From NCBI GenBank assembly GCA_964035545.1, contig OZ037765.1, positions 9,062,698 to 9,126,697 of the forward strand: a stretch of DNA of 64,000 nt, written 5' to 3'. Position 1 is the stretch's first letter, and each line of letters opens with the position of its first letter. Below are positions 53,193 to 64,000 of this stretch, one piece after another. The notes under the pieces are model-generated. The model worked only from the letters and a program-made list of their open reading frames with translations, was not told the DNA's origin and did not search any database. A program made the translations under genes and the position numbers. Source of the stretch: Bugula neritina. Its lineage: Eukaryota; Animalia; Bryozoa.

Positions 53193-56100
53193 ATGCCGGG
53201 CTCTGCAACAACTGATGATTCTGACTACGAACTGGATAAATCTTTTGAAGATCTACGAAGACCAAAAGAGAAAGAGTTTATTTGTGGTGTAGTTGAAGGT
53301 AGTGTTGTCATTATAATTATATTTTAAAAATACTGAATGTTAGTTCATTTGCTGACTATGGCTGCATATAGTAATTAATTAAATAATGTTATACTTGTAT
53401 TAGTGTAGTCTACAATTGGAATTCTGAAACTATTTGAATGATACTGGTAGGTTTTTATGGAAGGCCATGGAATACTCATCAGCGTATAGAACTGTTTGCT
53501 CGTATGAAGAAGTTGGGCATGAACACATATTTGTATGCCCCGAAAGATGATGTGAAACACAGAGCCTATTGGAGGGATTTGTACACTGTTGAAGAAGCTG
53601 GTAAATATTGCTGAATATCTCTAAGACAACTTATATGTTTTTTTTGTGTGTGATATTTTATTATATTATTCATATGTAGTAAGATTTTATCAGCTTGTGG
53701 AAAGTTTTTCAAGAACCATAAACCTAACACATTTAGAAAATTTTGAACAACACGTAAAATATACTAATAAATATAATTTAATGACTTTCGTTAATTGAAT
53801 AGTTGTTGCGGTGGAATGAACCTTAGATGAAATTTTGTTGCCTATTAGTTTCCTAATTTGAGTATTCAATTTTTAAGTTTAACTTGTACAAAATAATTTA
53901 CAGATCTAGCCAATTTCATAGCCATATGTGTTTGTTATATTGTAGACAGTTTAACTGAATTGATACAATCAGCCAAAAAGCAGGACATTAAGTTTGTGTA
54001 TGCAATATCTCCTGGCCTAGATATGACCTACTCCAGCGTCAAGGACTTGACTATTTTAAGACGAAAGCTAGATCAGGTAGTTTAGGGTACATAGGCTATG
54101 CATTTATTGAAAATTATTGTTACTGCAAAAATATTGCAGAATCTCTTTACTGATAATCTTTGCATAGATGTGTTACAACTGAAAAAAGTGTTTGGGTGCA
54201 GCTTTATATACATGCATGAATATTTCAGACAATTTTATTTGCATCTTTGAACCAATTAAATGCCTGTTGCACATCTCAATGTTAATTTTGGTATAGATTT
54301 GAAAGAGACAGCTGGCAAATTTTCAATCTTTGTTATGCCATGTTATATTTAAGATACTGGACTTGCTTTTGCTCCAGTAAAATTACTTCATCAATATGCT
54401 GATTTCATTTTGTAGGTCTCTTCATTTGGCTGTGATTCCTTTGCTCTACTGTTTGATGACATTTTGCCGGAAATGAATAAATGTGATAAAGAGGTTTTTG
54501 CTTCATTTGCTCATGCCCAGTCCTCTGTTACGAATCAAATATATGAACATTTAAAGCAGCCATCGTTTATGTTTTGTCCCACGGAATACTGCGCCAGTCG
54601 CTCCATACCAACAGTATCTGATTCCCAGTATCTCAACACAATTGGTGAAAAACTTATTCAGGGCATCGAAATCATGTGGACAGGTATGTTGGAATGTAAT
54701 GTGAAAACTAGAAGTTTCTTGTCGAGTGTTTGAAGTATTTCAAAAGCCTTTCACCTAGCACTTTTTGTGTTGAAAGAGAGCAGGGGTTTTTCTTTCATCT
54801 ATCGAATGTAAAGATATGTGTATTACATATAGGTATATTTCAAAATTTAAAAGTACAAATGCTGTGTATAAGATAAATAATACTGTAATAATACTTTTCA
54901 TTTGCGTTTTTGTTATCCTTACATTGTATAAAAATACTATGTTTGCTTAGAATTATATCGTTGGAAAACTTGAGATATAATAAGTATACTCATCACAGAG
55001 ATATTATATGCACGAGGAAAATAGTTCATGTGCTTTAGGAAGACTCTCTATGCTTTAGCAGGACCATAATGTTCAATTAATCTAGTATGTGAGGTTAAAT
55101 GATTCCTTTTTGGAATATTTTTTTTTACTGTATAATAGAATATATTTGTTCTTACTACTAGGATATATATGCGCAGTGCACAAAATGCTATGCCTATTTA
55201 GAATAGGTGATGTTAGAGCATTCTAATGATACAAAATGTCAGATGACAGAAGACCTTTTACTATGGAATTACGAGTGTTTTCTAACTGTTTGTTTAATCT
55301 GCCCACTATATTGCTGCTAGTGAACTCCTAAACCTTGATCTTTGCCCTCAATTTTCAATATTTTGATATTAAATATCTTTAATTCATATTTTTATGACAC
55401 AGCTTAATATATGCTATCTATTTTACTTCTAGGCCCAAAAGTTGTGTCCAAGATCATATCTGTAAGTTCTATAAAAGAATTGGCAAAGGTGCTGCGAAGA
55501 CCTCCTTTAATTTGGGACAATATTCATGCAAATGACTATGATCAGAAGCGGATATATTTAGGGCCATATGATGGCCGTTGTCCGTCTCTTATACCTTTCC
55601 TCTCCGGTGTCCTTACTAATCCTAATTGCGAGTTTGAACCCAATTTTATTGCCCTCCATACACTAGCCTCCTGGAGTAAAAGTGAATACCAACACATAAA
55701 GAAACAGAGTTAGTGCATTTGTGATAATGATTTCTTAGCAATGATTCTGTTGGTGATATTACATGATTTTCGAATCAATTACAATAATTATTCTTGATAT
55801 TCAGATTCTGTGGAAACACATGTTGAACGAGAAAATCTATCAAAGCTCGAGGATAATTCAGTTGTAATTCCTGGTTATGATTTGATGATCGCCCACAAGT
55901 TAGCCATAAAGGCGTGGTTGCCTACGTTCTATACTCCTACACAACCAGATGGTGGGCGACCACCACCTCCCAAACTAGCCTTAGCACCTACAGATGACAC
56001 ACCCATTGTGGACGCTATAATTACCCCAATTCTTAATAGTAAGTCTCTTAACTACCCGAAAAGTTTTCAATTATCACAATACAATTGTTTAGTCAATGTC

Positions 56101-59100
56101 TGTAAATGAATGTATGTTTAAAATTTAATTAATAGCCTAATTTTCATGTTTAAGTGTGGTTTATTATAAGCTTTCATGTATGACAATGTGTTATATCTAA
56201 TATTTACCTAACTGCAGATATACCTACCAGTGTGATGACGTGCATGGCTGTAACACCCATCACACAGACAGCTCCTGTCGGCCTAGCTGTGCCCGTCAAT
56301 CAATTAGTAGGAACTGTCACTGTCCCTTCAGAGCCAGACAACTCCCAGTATGTGATTATTGCCACACGGCTTGTCTAACCATTCTTCAACATTGCAATAG
56401 TCCTATTAGTGTATCAATTTAACTTTTCAAGCATAATATTTGGACTGCTGATGAATAATAAATCATTATATTGGAAACAATTTTGTTGAATTGAAGAAAA
56501 AAAGTTTGTATCGGATTGTTAAAGCTCTAAGATAATCTGCTGCCATTTGTTACAGAGAAACAGAATCTGTCGCCAGTCCTGCTGGTGAACCAATGGATGT
56601 CATAACAGACAAGCCCTCCTTGGCAGCGACGGACGAACCAGCAGTTAAAGAATTGCTGCCTAACAGTTTAATAAGTGTCCCCCCTACACTTCCGGCAGCT
56701 TCGTCTGAAGAGGTCATGCAGGTTGACGAGGAAATTACTAGCAGCGCTGACCTTCTCTCTGAGAATGAGAAGCTTAATATGCAAGTCTTAATATAAATAT
56801 ACTGATTGTTTATCTCTTTTTCATGAGATTTATTCAGCAATAAAGATGCAGTGAAGCCACGTTCACTGCTGATATAAATCCAGCTAATGTGTTGGGCATG
56901 AATGGTTGAATCTTGCTTGTATGCTCATGTGAAAAGTTTATATGCTCCTGGCTTTTACTCCCAGAGTAAATTGTGAAAGCAATCAAGTTATACTTCATAG
57001 ATTATCTAATAGCCTAGCATTCAACTTTGAATAAGGCATTTTAGCATTGTATTTTATTAACAAACTGGTTATTTTAGTAAGTTTGCTGCTGGTATGTCAT
57101 TAGTATGCATGCATTCCTGTGCCTAATTGCAATGTTAGATGGAATGGCAGTGCTGTAAATAATCGCTATATCTGCAAGTTATATATTTAGTTTAAAAACC
57201 AAAAATTTACTTGAAAAGTTGAACAATCGGGTACTTTGAATTAATGAAGTCAACATTAAACAAATTTGATAAACAAAAGAATTAGTGGGGAACTTGTAAT
57301 GTTATCAAAATGTATGTTATTGTATATTAATTCTTGCAAAATGGTGCTGCAAAACGTGATGGGATTGTAGCCGTAGATATGCTTGCCTTAATTGTAAAAT
57401 GGGTTATTACAGAGATGATCTGGCCGTGATCTGCGATATGTTCTATCTGCCCTTTGAGCATGGTTCCAAAGCACAATATGTCTTGTCTGAGTTCCAATGG
57501 CTAAAAATAAATTCTCACGTGATGGATCACACAAAACTATCAGCATCACCAGAACTGCATCTGGTGAGTGTTGAATACATTTAACGATCACAGATGCCAA
57601 AGTTACTTGGTGGTCTTTTGAGATTTTATCTTAATTTGATCAGCATACCATGGAAAAAAAGGGCTACCAGATTTATATTTCCAATAATTGTTTTTAAATT
57701 CTATTATATCTTTTAACCTGTAACTGATTTATAAAATTTGAATTTGTATGACTCGAAAATGTCAGAAGTTGATATTTTACAATCACTAAGTCATCATTTA
57801 CCCGTTTTCAGGTTGAGGAATGGAAACAGAGAGCAGAGGAATTTGACAAGTTTGTTAAATACTTTGCAGATGTTTGTAAAAAGTTTCAGATGATACCCAA
57901 CAGCTGTCTAATGTACGACCTCAACGACTACATCTGGGACCTGAGGGGCACTCTTTCTCTGCTAAACTCCTACATCAAGTGGCTGGGTAATTTCGAATTG
58001 CAATGACAGCAGCGAGAGGCAGTCATAGCAGCGCTGCAAAACAAAATTTAGTCGCTATTCTTGATGGAGCTAGTCCAGATTGTGGTTGGCCAGGAATGTA
58101 ATTTGTTCCATTCACATTTAAACAAGAAGTTTTAAGTTTCTAATGAGCCTGTAGTCAACCAATCTGGGCTAGGCCATACAATTTCATATTTGTTATGTAA
58201 AGTGTTGCTGCATCAGTTTCATTGCAAGTAATTTATTAGAGATCAATTGATGCTGCTACACGTTGCATACTGGCAATGTGCTATTGTGCTTAATTAGTTA
58301 TCTATTTCTCTCATAAGATTTCCCTTAAAGTTGGTGATAAACCTCAAAAAGCTCTAGTCATGGTTGGCTACTCGGACAGATAGAGCTGTGAATCAATTTA
58401 TTGGGACTTCTTTTAAACATGCTTCTCAATGATTGCTGCAGTTATTGGCAACTAAATTCTGATTGGTGATTAAGATTAGTTGACGGTTTTTATCAAAGCT
58501 GTTTTTAGATTCCCTAAACAGCCTCTCCTTGCCCAAAGATATTATGTTGAGTAGACACACAACTGCTTACAATATTAAACCTCAAATCCTTCTTTATTCA
58601 CTAATGCTACATATATCAATTTGTTGCAATGGTAAATTATCACAAAAAATTGGTAACAAAGACTTGTTGTGTACTTCACCTGCCATGTGTTGCAATTTGG
58701 CGGCAATTCAACAATTTTTAGTTTTAAATTGAGGGCTGTAAGCATATGTTGGCTGTACATATACAAATCCAGGGAATCTAAAGACACCTAAATAAACATA
58801 ATTACTAATTTATAATTATTGCAGCCTTCTGACTATAAAAACCAGTATTTAATAAATTTTATTTAGTTAAGTTGCATAACCCATTCTTTTTTATGTTACT
58901 AGGTTTAGCCCGAGTGATGACCGAAGTTGATTGTGAAATCTTGGATTGTCGTATTACATGTATGCTCTTTAAATTAATCACAGTCTATCCAATTAGACTT
59001 CTCTGTAGTCTTTTTGAATAGGCAGTATGCTAAAATGTTAAAATACCTTACCCCACATTGATGCAGAGCTGACAAGTTTTTCAAAGATCTGTTTGAAATT

Positions 59101-62100
59101 CTTATATTCTCAAGTGGTTTTTAAGTCTTTGGGGATGTTACTATTGAGAAAAAACCTAAAACATTACATTTTCTTGTCAAATTTCAGAATTTTATGTAGT
59201 TATAAGATTTCATTGGTCAATTATAAATATAATAACAATAGTAACATCTTCTGCAGCAATATATTTGTTTATTTTCAAATGTCTGTATGTGTTTGCCAAT
59301 TTCCATTCACTAGTTGCCACCGGTTGTTCATGGTATAATGTTGCGCTGTATGGTCGAATGTAATAGGTAATGTCTTTTGACAACGTCACTTCAACCTGTG
59401 CAGTCTATTTATAAATAGTGATATGAAAATTATGCTGTATTATTCTGTGCTATTGAAGATTTTCTAATTGGAGCTAAACTAAACATGCAAGTGTATAATA
59501 TAATTGTGGTTTATATTCCCTGCTCACACGATGCTCCTGGGGACAATCTTCAATAACTCAATACTCTCGGTTTCGCACAACTAACTAGCAAAAATCTGCA
59601 ATGTGATATACGTAAATGGCACTGGCGCTATGTAATTAAACTCTGCAATACTTTTCATAAAATGCCCCTCTTTACAACTTTGTGTTGTCAGCAATTTCTA
59701 TTTGTCAGTGAATTTTTATAGCATTCTATCAATTTACTTTATCTCTATTACATCCGCTGTAAATTTTAACTGAAAGATATTATGTGGTTAAAAATCACTT
59801 TTTAAAAAAAACCTTTTTTCCAGAATATAAAGTCTGATAGTAGAAGGGGCATTTTAATTAAAGCTTTTAAAAAATGTATTAGCAACGCTGTAATTTGTCT
59901 GCTAGAATAATAATTTAGTGCCAACTTATTCAAATCATCTGTCAATAATTATACACTATTTCGTATATTAGGGTCTACCAAAGGTTATAATGATGCATTT
60001 TTATCTGGTGATAATGAACCATGGGTGTTCAGAGGAGGACTAACCGGTGAACTCCAGGTAATTCCATGTCAACTTGATTAGTTTTTAGATTTTAATACCA
60101 GCTTCAAAATTTAATCATCAATCACATCTTTGGCATGCTTTTTTGAAGTGAGTTGATCAACAATTTCATTATTTTTTTAGTTTGTTTTATAAATTTGTAT
60201 TTATTTCAGATTTATTCTTGTAGTCATGGAATTTAACTTATTTTTTCAGCGCTTATTGCCAATAAGCAACTCAACAGATCTGTTTTCTATTCCTCAACGA
60301 TCAGCTGAATTAGAGAATTTTCCCCCCAAAGTGTATACTATTCGTCCATATATACCATCCGATGAGGTATAATTTATAAAGTTGATATGAAATTGTAAGC
60401 TAAGCCAAATTGGTTGTACCATACATGTCCTGTTGCAATTTTAGTGTATTTTACTCGAAAATTTATGCAAAGTTTAATGTGAGTTGCTAATCTTTGACGA
60501 TATGCTTTTAGACAGCAGTTTATAATGTATGCAAAGCTGTGAATCACAGTATGATAGATTTGAAGGATTCAACTGAACAGTATGATCACCTGATACCAGA
60601 TTTGTAAGTTGTCTTCAACTACATATATTCTACATAATATTTGGAATTCCCAAACAAATGTATAGCCATTGTTTTCTGATGGTGTTTAGTATCACTTTAT
60701 TGGTTTATACAGTAATCGACATGTTGTACTCTTTCAAATTGTAGATTAATTGGTGGATTGGTTACTTTAAGTAGCCAGTTTAGTTTTGTTGTTGAGAATG
60801 ATGATGGTGTTTGTGGTTATATACTTGCTACTCCCGATGCAAATGATTTTCATCGAAAAATGTCAGTGTCATGGCTTCCAGAAATGCAAAAGAAATACCC
60901 ATTACCTGTTGAAACAGACAATACATCATTGACCAAAGCTCAGGTATGCACATGGTTTATAACTTGCAACCGTTAGGCTATTCCTGCTTAAAGGATTGCT
61001 CTATCTTAGTTTATTACAATCACATTATAATTATGAACTATAATCTAATGTGTATGCAAACAATTGTGACTTTGCAAAGAGATATATGCCTAGAAAACAG
61101 CTTTTCAAAATTCCAATTTTGAGGGAGGTAAAATTTTCAGCCATGAAAAAGAATAGCCTAATACGTGACGTGTGAACGCCAGTAACTATGCTGCACGTGC
61201 TAACTATAACGCTAGTATTCAAGGTTGCTGAGCGCAACATCAACCAATAACGCTCAAGCAGTTACAGTGCGCTATATAGGTCAGCTTTGGTGCGCATGTA
61301 ATATTGCACAATCTGACCTAGTTTAGATCGATCGCAGGCATTCATCCTAAAGAATGCATGTTTTTGCAATGCTTTTTTCCATGTTTACAAGCAAATATGG
61401 CCTAATGTTATCACATACATGTTATTTACCATGTCAAAAAACTATAGATTGAGATAATTCACATTTGCACTTCTATAAATATACAAATTACGAGCTGAAA
61501 GATCACATCTCACAGTCATATTTCTATAGTTATTCATTTGTATAGTCACGTGACCAGCAGGAATGCTGGCGCTGTTACGTCACATTTCCCAGCTCATTTC
61601 AAAATCGGCGTTTTGGCTGTTACCAATCTACACCCTCAACTTCAACTAACTTTTTCTACCTTTGGTCAAATGCTTTTTGTCAATGCATGCTTAGAAAAAC
61701 ACAAGATTATGTGTGTTTGACCTAAATGGCCATTTATTAGACAAGATAGAGCAATCCTTTAATATGTAGAAAGCTGTTTTGATTGGATTTTGTCTAGATT
61801 TATAATGAATGAATTAGTTTTATATTATTTGACAGGTTTGAACTTATCAAGTGATGCCCATAAATTTTATTTTAATGAAGATAATCAATTAGAATCATTA
61901 TGAGGATCAGTTGCATGAATGGAATGAGTGAATATTGAAATGAGTTTGCATAAAGTTTGGCAACTGTTGAATGATAATAGATATTTGTAGCTAGTGAAGT
62001 CAAATTCAATTTGATTTTTTCAACTACTCTAATGGCCTTCTTATCAACACCAATCGAGAAAACTCTAATTTGTACTTTCCTGATTTAAAACATGTGTTAA

Positions 62101-63149
62101 TTTTATATAACCCATTCGTTTTTGTTATTTTAGCACTAGATTCATAACTTGTAACACATTAGCAACAAGTGTCGTAAATTTATGGAGTGTAAACAACTTT
62201 TCATTTTAACTTGAAATTATGGTCAGCTCTTGAAACGAATCTCTCTTGAAATATAGGCTAATGAAATTATTAGTAGAATATCAGTTATGCATTTTTTCAT
62301 CAACCTTTCAGTGAAGTAACGGATGCATATAATTCACAAGATTTTATTGGCTAATGCACTGAAGTGACCAACGAGGAAATTATTTCAATCAAAATTTAAT
62401 TAAGCTGCTTGTCTGAGTTTATATATTTTACCAAATAAAAAAGGAGAAATAATTAGTTCAATTATATGTGTAGTAAATTTTGTTGTAATATAGTAGGCAA
62501 AACAAATTCTTTTGGAGACATGTTGCATTGGTACTAGTTGAAATTCTCGCAAGAACATAACTTCTTCGGTTACATTTCTAACATAAAACACAGGCTTTTC
62601 TCAATTTTTCTATTACTGCACTGGCATAAGTAGTTGGTCATTTTTAACTATTGACCTTTATATTTTTATTACCTAGATTTGAATTTCCGTATATTTGTAT
62701 AACTATGTATTTAAAAATTTAAAGGGTTTGGTGTCTCAATTTCACAATTATCAGCCTGAGAAATCGGAGTTGTTGTTGACCCAATATCCTGCTCTAGTCA
62801 AAATGGAGTTTTTACCCAGCGTGAAAGATTTATCTATTAAACAGGTAATCTCACACATTGATCTTCAAGTTGAAATCATTGTATAACTTACTTGCAACAA
62901 ACTATTTGGTGAAAATGCAAATTTGATCATTCAATAACTACTTTTAGTGTTATCTTGTTTATGCAGAGAACCTTGGCATGCATGTTGTCTGCACTCCAAT
63001 CAGTTCAAGTTGTGGGAGTGCATTGTTTGTCCGGCTCACCTGAATCCAGAAGCTATGAGATGTACAATCAACTAGGGTTTGTCCGTACAAATCCTAATGT
63101 ATTAACACCAGAAAATGATGATACTCTCATTTTAGTAAGGATAATATAG
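53193..63149 (+). CDS. OGA: O-GlcNAcase (GH84 catalytic domain, stalk, C-terminal pseudo-HAT domain), about 17 exons
   Basis: Exons: 53193-53298, 53451-53600, 53946-54076, 54416-54683, 55433-55708, 55805-56038, 56218-56347, 56556-56780, 57413-57563, 57812-57986, (58903-58959), 59972-60057, 60250-60366, 60512-60603, 60745-60943, 62725-62844, 62967-63149. Motifs: [28 protein letters not shown], catalytic [43 protein letters not shown], and [12 protein letters not shown] in the HAT-like domain. Confidence 0.95.
60992..61758. mobile_element. Non-autonomous TTAA-targeting DNA transposon (Kolobok-like) in OGA intron
   Basis: TTAA|AGGATTGCTCTATCTT ... AAGATAGAGCAATCCT|TTAA gives a 16-bp perfect TIR with a TTAA duplication. 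Purine (AG) 5' termini fit Kolobok better than piggyBac. The interior is CpG-richer than the flanks. Confidence 0.8.
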
Positions 63150-64000
63150 ATGTGCCAGTTTCACTTCAATGTTCTATTGTAAAAACTGTTTTGTTGTTCT
63201 GTTGCCACTTTCTATGACGTTTTGCTGTTTTTCTCCAATAATCAATTTATATCTATAACAAGTTTTGGAACAATTATCGTGCTATTATTTTTTTAGTTTT
63301 TTTCAAAGCCATTCAAATGATTTACTATTGTTAAAAATGAACCAGCCACATACTATTGAAGGTAACTACATTTTTAAATATATGTATTTATAGTTTTTTA
63401 GGCTTAATGAAAAATAGATTACACGCATGTCCTAAACACAATAAATTATGAATTGTTGGCTATTTAGATTAATTAATGGATTTCATTGAACATTCGTGTC
63501 AATAACTGCTCAAGTATTGCCTAATGTGGTTTCACCTTTAAAGTGCGCATGTAATGCATCAATAAGTGGTCTAAGGAAAGCATGTTATTTTTAATGCTTA
63601 TGGCACTGTTTTTGTAAAAATAACCTGCATGACGTACTATAAGGGCCGTTTGCAATACTTGTATTACAGAAAATTACAAAAAGGTAACAACTGGAAATTG
63701 ATTCATAATCCACTAGCGATATGTCTTACGAACCTTCTTAGATTAGGGCTTGAGATAAGAAAATCAGTTATAAAAAAACGGAGTACCTAGAATACCAAAA
63801 ATGGTGGTAAAATACGTTAACAATTATTACGACTGTTTTCCATTTGTGTGTAAGTCTTATCATGCAAGATCCGAACTGTATGAAGGAATTGAATATTATA
63901 TTAGGTTGCAAGTTTGCAAAGTTTAATGACATCCTTCTGCCCGTGAATAACAGATTATAACTGACGTAATTATACAGTGAATTTGATATTTTTGTCCCAA

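Noticed and set aside
57384-57412. TGCCTTAAT U12-like branch site and possible AC acceptor in an OGA intron
   Set aside because: There is no RTATCCTT donor at the upstream exon end; a GC-AG U2 intron explains the frame.

Overview
AT-rich, intron-containing animal (invertebrate-like) genomic DNA. There are no prokaryotic features. Eight protein-coding genes can be reconstructed by hand across splice sites: RB1CC1/FIP200 (N-terminal exons only, -), COX5B (-), a small Tim/Tim8 (-), Rab32/38 (+, with a U12-type intron), CRIP1-like LIM protein (+), alkaline ceramidase (-), glial cells missing (-) and O-GlcNAcase (+, with a probable GC-AG intron and a candidate cassette exon). Non-autonomous mobile DNA is common: a 3.6-kb foldback element with two-tier arm identity, Harbinger-, Tc1/mariner- and Kolobok-like MITEs, and tRNA-derived SINE-like pieces. 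The most striking unexplained structure is seven 0.35-1.1 kb low-complexity 'islands' built from a shared 3/6-bp-periodic vocabulary (AATAGT, AATACT, CATACT, GATAGT, CTTAGA, GTTAGA). Six sit at the 5' end, apparently in the first intron, of the six housekeeping-type genes. None lies at the 5' end of gcm or CRIP. The seventh starts at a splice donor inside a TIR-bounded 3.1-kb segment and predicts an unannotated transcript. Exon coordinates and counts were read manually and need RNA-seq confirmation.
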